This document shows, piece after piece, positions 1 to 13,340 of a DNA stretch of 64,000 nucleotides. Origin of the DNA: the human T2T-CHM13v2.0 reference genome, Homo sapiens; NCBI RefSeq assembly GCF_009914755.1, contig NC_060935.1; one strand, given 5' to 3'. A model generated the notes under the pieces. That model saw nothing but the letters and a program-made list of their open reading frames with translations, was not told the origin of the DNA and searched no databases. Within the stretch, counting starts at the first letter, position 1. Each line of letters begins with the position of its first letter. Made by a program: the position numbers and the translations under genes.

Positions 1-12
1 TGGATGCCCCTG

Positions 13-583
13 CTGTAGATAGAGAAAGGCTTAGTATGTTCTAGAAGCAGAAAGAAAGCTGGGAGGCTGGAGCAGTGTGGGGTGAGGGAAGCAGTTAGAT
101 ACAGGAGATTAGGTCACAGAGGTGGGCAGAAGCCAGACTGTGGAGTGTTTTGCAAGCCAAGATAAGAAGTTCAGATTCTATTCTAAACATAATGAAGAGT
201 ACTAAGCAGGAGAGTGAAATTATCTGGTTTTCATTTAAAAATAATGACTCTGGCTGCTAGATGGAGAATAAATAGTAGAGAGCAAAAGTAGAAGCAGAAA
301 GAGCAGTTAGGAACCAAATGCTGTAGAATGGATGATGGTGCCTGAGAGTACAGTTTAGTGAAAATCAAAATAAATGGACAAACTCAAGATGTAGGCATGG
401 AAATAAATGAACAGATTCATCCATTGAACTTGGGGATAGAATAGGTATTGGGATGGGGCTAGTGAAGGAAAAAGAAAAGAGGGAAAATTCCCAGCTATTC
501 AGCTTGAAAAAAAATGGGATGATGATGATGATAACTGGAGTAAGGAGTAAGTTTGGGAAAGGAAAATAAGCACTCTATTTGGT
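13..583 (-). mobile_element. L2 LINE 3' region fragment (left part, interrupted at ~584)
   Basis: Purine-rich antisense L2 motifs (aaaataatgactctggctgct, ggagagtgaaattatctgg); continues after ~991. Confidence 0.75.
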
Positions 584-990
584 CACCTCTGTGACCTAAT
601 CTCCTAATCTGTATCTAACTGCTTCCCTCACCCCACTCTTCTCCAGCCTCCCAGCTTTCTTTCTGCTTCTAGAACATACTAAGCCTTTCTCTATCTACAG
701 CAGGGGCATCCAATTTTTTGGCTCCCCTGGGCTGCATTGGAGGAAGAAGAATTGTCTTGAGCCACACATAAAATACACTAACACTAATGATAGCTGATAA
801 CTGATGAGAAAAAAAACGCAAAAAAATCTTATAATGTTTTAAGAAAGTTTACAAATTTGTGTTGGGTCACATTCAAAGGCATCGTAGGCTACATGTGGCC
901 CATGGGCCATGGGTTGGACAAGCTTGATCTAGAGCCTTTCCACCAGCTGTTCCTCTGGCCCCAAATACTTCAAATGAGCTTCATATGGCT
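584..990 (+). repeat. Inverted duplicated segment (L2 piece + MER30 + L2 piece)
   Basis: 584-712 is the reverse complement of 1-124 (2 substitutions, one 5-nt indel); 927-990 is L2-like in the same flipped orientation. Confidence 0.85.
701..926 (+). mobile_element. MER30 (hAT-Charlie non-autonomous DNA transposon)
   Basis: caggggcatccaa...gggttggacaagcttg matches the recalled MER30 consensus end to end; 8-bp TSD atctacag (693-700) / atctagag (927-934). Confidence 0.92.
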
Positions 991-1370
991 TCATATGATT
1001 AGAAATTCCAGTAACACCTCCAGATGAAAGTGGCTGGCATGAAAATGGATCTATGAATCTGCAGAGGTTGAAACTGGAGCTACAGATTTGGGAATCACTG
1101 ATATTTCTATGGCATTCCAATTCATGGGAGTAGATGAGATCATCCAGGAAGTGGAGAGGTAATATAGAAGTCAGAGAACACAGCCCTGGCATACGTGACA
1201 TTTAGAGTTAGGACAAAATAAGAGGGGGGGCAGTAAAAGAGATTGAAAAGGAGTGTTCAGTGATGGAGAGAAATCAAGAGAAGAAAGTGTTTCACAAGTA
1301 GGAAGTAGTTAAATGAGGGGAATGCTTTGTAAGATCAAATAATATCAGAACAGAGAAACGACTTTTGTAA
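991..1370 (-). mobile_element. L2 LINE fragment (continuation of 13-583)
   Basis: agatttgggaatcactg...gatgagatcatccagg typical of antisense L2. Confidence 0.7.
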
Positions 1371-4300
1371 AGCCTGTTTACATAGTACAGAGGGAGAAGA
1401 TATTTTTCAATATTTCATTTAATGTGAGTGAAACCATGTTCCAAAATCAAGATCATTTATATTCCTGAAGAACAAGACAATCCAAACAAACACAGACTGC
1501 TCTATTGACTCCCAGGTTGAATCTGAGAGCCCTATCATGGTCCTTGGGAATTTGGAAAAATAAAAACAAATCTGAGAATCTGTAGTCCTCTTTATCCTCA
1601 CTCTCTAACACACAGAAATGCAACCATATTGCATCAAAATACAGACATTTAAAGTACATTTAACTAGGCTTTTTCTCTCTTCTGTGCTTTACACATTAGA
1701 AACCAGCATATTTGTGCTTTCTAAGATGGAGCACTACCAGGCAGAGTGAATTATTTCTGCTCAAATCCATTCAATAATGTATTTATAGAGTCGGAGAAAG
1801 CATCCTCTTTAAATAATATATAATATTGTGCATTCAAGATATTTCTCATACCTTTACCTAGGAAGCCATTTTTTAAAAGATGAATGCTGTGGGATGCCAA
1901 AAATAAAACCAATTTGTGGTTGTTCTTGTAAAAAGTTGAACTAGAAACCTCTCAGGCTACCAAAAGTTGCTGTGAATGACAGGAAGAGACGATCCAGGGA
2001 AGACTCGTGTCTTAATTTGGAGAGGTGAGCGGTGACTGGTCATGTGTGCAGGTGTGTGTGCATACGTGAGCCCAAAACACTTAGACTGGAAAGGTGAAGG
2101 ATGGTGTATCTCTACTCGAGTCAGCCCCAAAACCTGCCAAGAAAGAAACCCTAAGATGGGAAGAAGACGCTTTTTCAAGAGACATTGTGAAAACAAAAGG
2201 CACAATCAGAGCTGCCTCAGAATCTAAGTGACAAAAGCAGCACAGAGTTGGGGTGTCAACTACAGTGGAACATATATATATATATGCAGTTGAGTTTGTG
2301 CATGCAAGGTAAAATGCATTTGGTACCTTAAGAGAGATACAAAAACATTCTTCTTATTCCTGTAAGATCTCATTTGAAGATATGCTCTCCCAGGAGCATA
2401 ACCCAGAATCATCACTGTGGGGACTGAACAAAGCACGACACCTTATTGCATCTTGAGACATTTGTAGTGTTAGGGATGCACCGGAAGATGCTCCTAGGAG
2501 CAGCAAACCCATGTTGTTATGGAGGCACCCACAGGACAGGTAAGAACTTTCTTTATGAGTCGTGGGCTCTCAGCAAGGAAGCCACAGCCAAAAAATATAA
2601 GAGACAAGATGTGAAACACTGGAGACACTCAGAAATAACCAGGGAGACATAGGAAAGGTGATCTACAAGAGTGAAGGTGCTGCAGCTGTGCAGATGAAGC
2701 AATTAGGAAATGCAGCTATTTGTTAGGTGACCTTATTTTTACCTCGGGTAGTAAGGTCTGAAGACATTTAGTTTACACTAATAACAAAGCACGTGTGTTT
2801 TATAATACAATTCTATGTTTGTTTTTTTCTTATTAACTGTACTAGGCTATTTACACAGTGGAATTGTAGTTAAAGTTATTTAGTAAAGACGTGACATGAA
2901 TAGACAGTTTCACTGACGCTAATCACGCAAGTGCAGTGAAGCACATTTATGTTCCAGTAAGTAACATGGGTGAGAACTTCCCATTCTTGTGACATTTTCC
3001 AGGCCAGTAGCCTTGAAATTATGCAATTCCAAAATAATTTTGGGGTGGGAAGCTTCCTGGTATCATACAGTCACATTTAAGTGAGAGTTACGAGGAAAAG
3101 CTGATGTGAGAAAGCTGTAATATTGCTGGCATAAAAATAGGTGCTGCCAGAGAGTGAGGCAACTGACAAACGGGTTTGCCAAGGGAGGGCTAAGGGACAT
3201 CCCTGGTAACCATGAGGAGGCTGGCTTGAAACAGCAGGTGTTCAGCTGTAATGAGAACCCAAGACCTCAAGAGCAGACAGGAGAGAAGGCTATGAGAGCC
3301 TGCCTTAAGGAGGAGAGAGGCAGCATAGCTGGGAGTGAGTGTGACTCCAGAAATAGACTGTAATACTAGGTATACATTTATCAAAACATCAGAGTGTACA
3401 CCTTAACCATATACCATAATAATAAATAAAAAGACAGAGACAAAGGGGTCCCATGCAAGGTCACCAGGCTTAGTTGGGTATTCCCAATCAGCAAAATGCC
3501 ATGATTCTAATTGCCTAATTCTAAAAACTGAATTGTATTGGTGCTGAAAATTAGTAAGGCTCTTAAGTAACATAAAAGAAAACTCAGTGGCAACTGGATC
3601 GGACAGCTCAAATTGGGAAACTTTAAACTAGATGTTTATTTAGGGCATGCCATGCACCACCGACGTCACTAGGTTCTGTGGTTACTCTAAACGTAACTAC
3701 ACCAGGTGTACAAGCCTGCACATTTGATCTCTGCTGTCTCTTCCCTAATTTCTCTTGTCTTCTCCAGCTTGAAAAAATATATATACTTCTGGAATTATTC
3801 AGTAGGCATAACACCAAAATAAGTTTATTTATGAAAGATTTTACCAATAAACATACAAGTAAATTTTTTTAAGTAACATGGGTAGCAAATTGCATTCCTT
3901 CAGATAAACACTGGGAACATATAAGACAAAGAGAAAACAGCTTTCATAATATTTTTGGGAAAAGAATTTAAATGTACTGAAAATGAAGGATAAAAGTAAA
4001 ACAAGGAGAAAGAATATCATATACTTCACCCACATATGTAATATTCATTCAACAAGCAGTGCTTGAGGCCTAGTATGTGCCATGCACTTCTGTGTTGTTG
4101 AGAAACCAAAAATGAAAATGGTACGCTCCCTGTCTTTCTAAGAGCAAATGTTACACAAATAAAGTACAATGTAAAATGCACTGTCTTAAGGTACCTTAAG
4201 AAAAACATAAGTAAAATCATACTTCTTCCCATAAGGTCTCATTTGAGTGTATGTTAACTATAAATTGCTAACAAGTCATTTTAAAAGAAATGCTGTATTT

Positions 4301-4690
4301 TTCTCTTAACAGAAATGTATCAACATGTTAAACTACAGGTCTGAATCCTACTTTCCAAATAACAAGATCCTGAAATGGTGACCATGTAGCTGAGGGTTAA
4401 CCCCTTGCAGTGAACAAATAATGACTGACAAACCAAGACAGGCTACTTAACAGGGTAAGCTCCCTGCGGCTGAATGAAAGATCTGACTTCCAAGGAGTTA
4501 TTTAAACCCAGACCCAGTGAGGCAGTCCTGCCAAAGATAGATACCAACCTGACTTTTCATATTCAAGCTTTCCAGGCCAGGACTCCAAGCTAGGCTGCAG
4601 CAAGTTCTCAGAAAGAAATTGCCTTCCAAGTATTACCCCGTTATAGCTGGTGCCCCCACAACCTGGCTTTCTCCCATCACCATGGTGATT

Positions 4691-4701
4691 TGCTGAGTCA
4701 T
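4691..4701. promoter_or_regulatory. Perfect NFE2/NRF2/BACH-sMAF (ARE/MARE) motif TGCTGAGTCAT
   Basis: Exact consensus in non-repeat, relatively GC-richer sequence; motif only, no functional data. Confidence 0.4.
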
Positions 4702-6397
4702 ATCCTCAGCAGGTCTCAGAAGGTATACTGTAAAGATACATGGAGAGGCCATGATGGTACTGAGAGACACAAAGCTAAAGGAATAGTTAAATTTTCAACC
4801 ACTATGTAAACTGAAGAAACAAAGTCCAAAGTCTAGACATCTGGTATAAGCTATTTGTAAGACAATGTGTAGTATTTCAGGAAAAGTTACTACTTCCTGA
4901 CTGTCAATATTAGTCTTGATATTAAAAAATCTAAAATAAAAGTAGAGGAAATTTGTTTTTGTGTGTTATATTCTATGAAGAAGGTGGGTACTGAAGTCGA
5001 TCCAACAAGTATATTGTACAGCTTGTGGTAAACTCAATGCACTTTGCATATTTCATAAGAGATTTGAGACCAACCAAGTTAATTTTGATTTTCAATCATA
5101 AATTAGGCTTAACTTTCCTAAATTTTAATATTTACTTAATTTAAAAAAGTAAAATGGCACTCCACATGAAAAAAAATTATATAAAAATTACTTTTCTAGC
5201 ATATAGCAAATGTTGAAAACTTATGTTAAATCCTACTTCTTCAAAATACTATGTGTAATTTACTTCTAAATAACCCCTGGATCAAAGAGGAAGTGTCAAA
5301 ATTTTTAAATATTCTGAAATAAAATACTTTTAATTTAAGTTAATGTAGCTTTTTATAAGCTAACTAAATGAAAGTGAAAATACAACATCAAAATTCAGAG
5401 ATTGCCCGTGTTATAGCACTACTTTGAAGGAAATTAACAGCATTAAATTTTATATTACTAAAGAATAAAGATGTAAAATCTGTAATCTAAGCTTCTGCCT
5501 TAAGAAACTAGAGAAAGAGAAGCAAATTAAGCATCAAGCAAGCAAAAAGAAAGAAATAATAAAGGTTAGAGCATAGGTCAATGAAATTGAAAACCAATGA
5601 ACAACAGAGAAAATCAATGAATGAAAAACTATTTCTAAAATTGATAAACCTCTAGCTAGACTGACATAGAGAAAAACAAGACAATAATAACTGATATCAG
5701 AAATGAAAAACAAGACATCACTAGATCAATCGCATACACAGTGAAAGTATAATAAGTGAATACTACCAACAACTCTATGCCCATATATATGACAAATTAA
5801 AATATAACAACTATTTGAAAGACAAGAACTACAAATCTCTTTCCAAGAAGAAATATGTAGTTTTAATAGGTGTATTCAAGACGTTACATTTGTAGTCAAA
5901 ATTTTTCCAGAACAGAAAAGTACAGGCTCAAAGAAGTGTATTGTCAAGTTCTACCAAACAGTTAATAAAGAATAATACCAATGCTATATAGTTTATACCA
6001 GAACATAGAAGAGGAGAGAAAACTTCCCAACTCATTTTATGAGCCAGCATTATCCCAATATTAAACCCAGCTAAAGCTCTATCAAGAATAGAAAACTACA
6101 GATCAATATTCCTCATGGACATAGATACAAAAAGCTTCAGCAAAATATTACCAAATTAGATCCAGCAATATAAAAAAGGAATGAAACATCATACGACCAA
6201 GTGAGATTCATTATAACAATGCAAGATTGTTCAATATTTGAAAATCAATTAATGTAACATACCATACTTACCATAGACTAAATAGGAAAATCATGTAATG
6301 ATCTCAATAGATGCAGAAAAATTATCCAACAAAATTCTAAATGCATTCGTAATAAAAATTTACAGCAAACCAGGAATAGAATGAAACTTTTTTACCC

Positions 6398-6700
6398 ATT
6401 TTTTTCTTTCCGGAGACTCACTCAGTAACCCAGTGCAGTGGCACAATCTCCACTCACTGCAACCTCTGCCTCCCAGGTTCAAGTATTTCTCATGCCTCAG
6501 CCTCCCAAGTAGTTGAAACTACAGGTACCCACGACCATGCCAGGCTAACTTTTGTATTTTTAGCAGAGATGGAGTTTCACCATGTTGCCCAGGCTGGTCT
6601 TGATCTCCTGACCTCAAGTTATATATATATATATATGTATATGTATATATGCCCTTTGTAAGGGTAAAAACGTCTAGGTGGGGTGGCTCACACCTGTAAT
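6398..6700 (-). mobile_element. Alu (S/J-type), antisense, with its 5' end inverted and partly deleted
   Basis: Alu body on the minus strand at 6398-6619; Alu 5' start appears on the plus strand at 6672-6700. Confidence 0.85.
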
Positions 6701-6892
6701 TTATCTATATATATAAATTATTTATATATTTATTATAATATATAACATATTATTATATAATATATAATATATAACATATTATTGTTATAATATATAACAT
6801 ATAGTATATGTTATAATATATTATATATTTATTTAATAAATATATAATATATTTGTTTATTATAATATTTATTATAATAAATATATATGTAT
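6701..6892. repeat. AT-rich low-complexity, (TA)n-derived tract
   Basis: Almost purely A/T with TATA-type units. Confidence 0.9.
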
Positions 6893-8500
6893 ACCCTACA
6901 GCTGACATCATACTCAATGGTGAGAGACTGAATGTTTCCCCCTAAAATCAAGAGTAAGACAAAGATTTCATTTCTTACTACTGCTATTAATCATGGTCCC
7001 AGAAATCCTTGGCAATACACTAAGGGGAGGAATAAAAAGAAGAAATGAAAGGCATACAGGCTGGGAAGAAAGAAATATAAGAGTCCTGATTCACAGACAA
7101 TATGATTATCTTTAAAAAAAAGTGCAATAAAAATCCTAGAGTTAGTAAGAAGGTTTAACAAGGTTGTGAGCTACAAGATCAATGTATTTCTATATACCCG
7201 CAATGAAAGAAATAAAATTTGAAACTAAATCTCAAAACATCACATTTACATTTACACAAAATATTAAGATAAAGCACTTAGGTATAAGTCTTTTTAAAAT
7301 GTGTGCAGTATCTACGTGGTAAAAACTACAAACACTGATTTAAAAATCAAAGATCTAAATAAATAAATACACCATATTCATGAACTGGAAAACTTAATAT
7401 CATTAAGATATTAATGACAATTATTTCCAATTTGATCTATAGATTCAATGTAATTCCAATAAAAATCCCAGCAAACTCTTTTGTAGATTTCGACAAGCTG
7501 GTTCTAAAAGTTATATGGAGGGTCAAAAGCAATTAGAATTGCCAAGTAATTCTGAAAAAGAACAATGGTAGAAGACTCACACTACCCAATTCCAGGTCTT
7601 GCTATGGAGTTACATGATCAACGTAGTGTGGTATTAGTGCAAGGATAGAAATAAAAATCAATGGAGCAAAAGAGAGAGCCCAGAAATAGGCCCACAGAAA
7701 CATAGTCAACTGACTTTTGACATAGGTAGAAAAGCAACTAATTGAGAAAGAATTGTCTTTCAGCAAATAGTGCTGAACCAAGTGGATGTCTCTATGAAGC
7801 AAAACAAAAAATAAGACAAAAACCAAAAAGAACCTTGATAAATACCTCATACCTTATACAAAAAAAGTAAACCAAAATGGATCACAGACTTAATGGCAAA
7901 ATATAAAACTCTTAAAACATCTAGAAAATAATAGGAGTTTGGCCATGAGATTTTAGATACATCCCCAAAGGCACAATCAGCACGATCATCCATAAAGAAA
8001 CAAAATTTAAATTAGACGTTATCAAAATTAAAAACGTTTGCTCTGTGTAAGCACTTAAGAAAATGAAAGAGAAGACACAGACTAGGAAAAAATATTTGTA
8101 AATCATGTATCTGATAAATGACTTGTCTCCACTATGTATAATGAACTCTAAAATTCAGCAATAAGAAACAACCCAATTTTAAAAAGGGCAAATGATCTGA
8201 ACAGACCCATCACCGAAAGAAGATAGACAGATGGCACAAAGCACAGGAAAAGAGGTATAACATCATTAGTCATTAGTAAATTGAAAATTAAAACCATAAT
8301 GAACGATCACCACACATCTATTAGAATGGCAAAGAGAAAGCAAAATGAAACAAAAACAAACCCCAAACCCTGCTGATACCAAGGGCTATAGAGGATGCAG
8401 AGCAACAGGAGCTTTCATTCATTTTTGATGAGAATATAAAATGGTACAGCCACATCAGAAACAGCTTGGTACATATTTATAAAGTCAAACACACACAATA

Positions 8501-8905
8501 TGCTATGGTTTGGATGTTTTTGGCCCTTCAAAAATCATATTGAGACTTAATCCCCAGTGCAAAGTATTGGGTAGTGTGACCTTTGGTAGGTGATGCAGTT
8601 ATGAATGCTCTGCACTCATGAATGGAATTAGATGCTCTTATAAAAGGGCGTGACAAAGGGAGTTCATCCCTTTTGCCCTTTCTGTATTCTGCCTTGCGGG
8701 GACACAACATTCCTTCCCTATGTGGGATGCAGCACCAAGGCACAGTCTTGGAAGAAAAGAGCAGCCTTCACTTGACAACCAAACATGCTGGTGCCTTGAT
8801 CTTGGACTTCCCTGCCTCTGAAGCTGTGAGAAAATAAATTTCTGTTCTTTAAGAATTACTCAGTCTCAGGTATTTTGTTAGAGCTTCACAAAATGAACTA
8901 AGACA
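8501..8905 (+). mobile_element. MST-family (MSTC/MSTD-like) ERVL-MaLR solo LTR
   Basis: Starts tgctatggtttg; contains aataaatttctgttc...ctcagtctcaggtattttgtta; ends ctaagaca. Confidence 0.88.
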
Positions 8906-9896
8906 CACATGGTCCAGCAATCACACTGCTAGGTATTTTCTCACATGAACAGAAAATTTTGTTCGCATAAAAACGTACATGAACATGTATAGCAGCGTTC
9001 ATCATCACCAAATATTGAAAACAACTAAGATGCCTTTCAACAGTTGAACACATAAATTTTGATATATCCATATAGTGGAATGCTATTTAACAATATAAAG
9101 GAATGAGCTGTTGCACACAGCAATATACATGAATCTTAAATGCATTAGCTATTTGAGAAAAAAAGCCAGGCCTAAAAGGCTATGTATTTTATGATTCCAT
9201 TTTGAATGACATTATGTAAAAGGAAAAGCTGTAGGGACAGAAAGTGATAAGTAGTTGCCAGAGACAGGGGTAGAGGATAGAGATTGATTACAAAGGCAAC
9301 ATGCAAGGAAATATTTCAGGGTAATCAAACTGTTCTTTATGATACTGGAGTGGTAAATACATGACTATGCATTTGTCAAAACTCATAGAACTGTATGCTG
9401 AAGAGTGGCTTTTACTGTCTGCAAAGTAAAACAAAACAAAACAAAATCAGGATTTGGGGGAATCAAAATGAAATACAGCTTTTGACAAATCAATCTAAGT
9501 GTACAATAAATATACAACATAACCTCACTGAAGGGGTAAGGAAGAAAAGCGCTAATCTAGTAACTGGAAAACAAGTATTTTGTCTAGATATTGAAAGGCC
9601 ATACCTAGATAAAAAGACAAAGACAAAAAGAATTGTATATAAGTATTGTATGCCAGCTGTTAAATTTGTTTCTCCTAGTAGTACAGTTTGGTTATTCTGA
9701 CACTCTTTTTTATATTTATACTAAAATTGAACAAAAAAGGGATACAGATGATAGGAGCCTGGCTTCTCGCTATCAGAGAAAAAAGTTACAAATGACCTTA
9801 CCAATAACCAAGACAGGAATGTTAGAATGAACCCATGGTGCTGGATTACAATCAAACATATCAGAATAAACTCATGTTTATTTTACCATACCATAG

Positions 9897-9924
9897 TGTG
9901 TATGTGTGTGTGTGTGTGTGTGTG
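9897..9924. repeat. (TG)n microsatellite
   Basis: Direct inspection. Confidence 0.9.
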
Positions 9925-10086
9925 TACACACACTAGCATCCAGACCTTGGTTTCTAAATAGCCTTCTCCCCATCTCCAATAAGGAGATTAAGACTTCTGA
10001 ACAAAATAGCTGATTCTATATTGCAGCAAGGAACCACAAGATGAACTTTGATTGTGTTGTAGTGTCACAAAGTAAGAGAGAGTTTA

Positions 10087-10400
<314 letters not shown>

Positions 10401-12904
10401 AAAAGTGGGGAGGGGGGAGGAAGTATGGTGCCTGTTGAAAAGACACAGCAGGAACCAACATGAAGAAGTTTCCAATGGCTAATGCTGAAACAATCTGAGC
10501 AAAAATAAATAATGATAGTATTAAATTGTCACCCAAAGAATAAAGTAAATATCCATCAGTCCATATAAACAATAAGTTTAATAAATAAGTAAATGAGGAA
10601 GAATGAAAGAATGGATATATTTTCCTTGAAAAGAATTCCAATTAGTAAATGTTTTAAAAATGACAGAAATAACAAATCACCATTAGAACATCATAGCTAT
10701 AAATGCTACAGACAAAACGCATTAATGAATGCTAAATTAGTGGGCAGAACTTTTGGGAGAAATTGGATATTTGCTCAAACTTATGGTATCTCCCCTCAAA
10801 TATTTATTAATTATTGTGATGTCCAAACTATGTCCACAAATTTTTTAATGGTCCTCCCTCTAGGAGGTAAGAGCTTAATTCCTCCCTCCCTGAGTGTGGG
10901 CTGAACTATTTGCTTCTAGCAAATAGAGTACAGAAGGAAAAAACAGTTACTTGACAGTGGAGAAATCTGGCAGACACCATCTTAACCAAGTGATCAAGGT
11001 TAACATCACCAGGAATATGTAATATTGATATCATGCACCCCCTGATATAATGCAATAAAAAGAGAATATTACTTCTGTGGTATTTTCCTCCAAAATCAAT
11101 AATTTCAGTCTAATTTTATAAATTCTTTCCAAATCCCAATTCAGGAACATTCTAAAAAATATCTGGCCACTATTCAGAAGGGTCAAGGCTATGAAAAATG
11201 AGGACATTTTGGGAAACTGTCATAGATTAGAGGAGACTAACGAGACACAACTACTGAAGGCAGTGTGGTATCCTGGATTAAACCTGGGAAAAGAAAAGGT
11301 AACATCAGTGGAAAAACTGATGAAACCTTATAAGTCTTTAGTTTGGTTAATACTATTGTACCAACTCTGATTTATTAGTTCTGATAAATGTATCATGGTT
11401 ATGTAAGATGTTGGTTATGTAAGATGTTAGCTTTAGAGGAAATTGAGTGAAAGAGCTGTAGGAACTCTCTATACTACCTTTACAATTCTTCTGTAAATCA
11501 AAAATTATTTCAAAATGAAAAAATAGTAAAAGCCTTATGTCGAATCTAATTTCCTTATGTATTCTACTTAAAAATTATTATGCTTTTGTTTTCCAAGAAT
11601 TTTCAATAAATTTAAGATTCTTGACTATTATAAAAGTGGCAACATGTGAACGTAATGCCAGCCTGGAAATCTGAAACCTTTGGTCCAAATTCCAGCTTCA
11701 CCAAAAAGCATGATCCCCAGGAACTTAGGGATTCTTTGGATTCAGTTTTCTAATCATCAAAATAAGGAGTTTGGACAATGCGACTCTTACACATCACTTC
11801 CATCTTAAAAAGGGTGGGGGGAGTGAGAAAGGGGAGAGCTTATATTTTTAAGAAAATATAAACCTCAAAATATTTTTAATGTAAAATATATACCAAAAAT
11901 ACAAACGTCAAATAAAATAAAATATTTGTTGGCAATCTTAGGAGCACACTGGAGACCATCTCACAGCATTGGTAAGGGAGATCAAATTGCAAAGAGAACT
12001 GAGACTTGTGACTTGACTCGTTCTCCCCTTTAAGAATGAAGTCAACTATCTCCTTTAGTCACCAACCAGAAAGAAAAGGTCGGTCAAAGCCAGTGGCTTC
12101 AGGTAAGAGGAACCATCTGTGCTGGCTGTGGAGGAGCAGTCGGGTCCATTGTCAGTTGCAAGGGAAACACCAAGGGATTACTGCAGGAAGAAGCATATTA
12201 GGGCATCTAAAAAATCATCTGGTTAAGAGTAATGAATCTTCCTTCAGACAAACATTGAATTGCTTAATTCTAACTTTTAGGTTAAATTATAAATCCATTC
12301 ATTCAAGCGTCACAATGCCCTATATCAAATGAATACCAAAAATATCCAGGAAAGAATTCAGTATAATTGTCTTCAACACTGTTTGCAATCTTTATTATAA
12401 TATTTAGTCTCCTCTTCTCATTTAAGCAATTATCAGGGCTGCTATGACTCCACAATACGGTCTTAGAGGAGGAGGATTCTTTGCCTTCTACTTCTTGAAA
12501 GCAAGCTTATTAAGAATGACATAGAAAGAATTGCAAGCCTTCATTTTCTAAATTTCAGAGCCCTTTTCTGTAAAGTTAAAGGGTACTATAAAATGTGTCA
12601 GGGAGCTACACATGCAGATACTCACATTCCACTTAGAAATCCTTATGGATTGCAAGTCTCTAAGTGAGTCTCTGTGAAAGGCAAATATTCAGGATGTCAC
12701 TCTTCCCAAGAGAGAGGGTTTTGATTGCAGAACATGCTACATTAATGAAGCTTTGTTGGCAGCTGGTGAGTCAAGCTTCTGGGTAGCATAATGCATTGTT
12801 TTTTTTCTAATACTATGTTTAAAAAAAAAAGCATGTCCAGGACTGAGCCATGTTCCAATTACTTAGGAAGAAAACCAAGAGTATGTAAATTTTACTTTTT
12901 TGCT

Positions 12905-13340
12905 ACTTATTTATTTTTGATATAATTTCAAACTTTCAGAAAAGTTAGAAAAAGAAAAAAAAGTCCCATATACCCTTCACCCAGATTCAATCACATATAA
13001 TTATATATACATGTATATACAAATTTGTAAAGAGATAACTTGAGACTGTATATATGCTGATCCTTAGCAAATTTTCATCAGTTAGTATTAACATCCATTG
13101 ATGGTTCTTGCTTGAGTCAATTATTACCATAACAGCTGTGAAATTATGATTTTTCTAACTAATTCATTCAACATCTATTAGTTGGCATTAGTTGGAATTC
13201 CACCATAAGAAAGAGCTCCTCTTGTTCATCTTTTATTTATTCAGTCATTTATTTGTGTCAGTATTGACTCATGGATTCTTATTTTGTTCAATGAACTATA
13301 ATTCATTATTATCATTATTTTTTCAATGCTAAAATTGTCA
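12905..13340 (-). mobile_element. L1MC4/5-like 3' end fragment
   Basis: cccatatacccttcacccagattc, ggactcatgg-like gactcatggattcttattt motifs. Confidence 0.7.

Noticed and set aside
2530-2545. Strong + strand donor CAG|gtaaga (similar site at ~12100)
   Set aside because: No convincing acceptor, promoter or recognisable reading frame upstream
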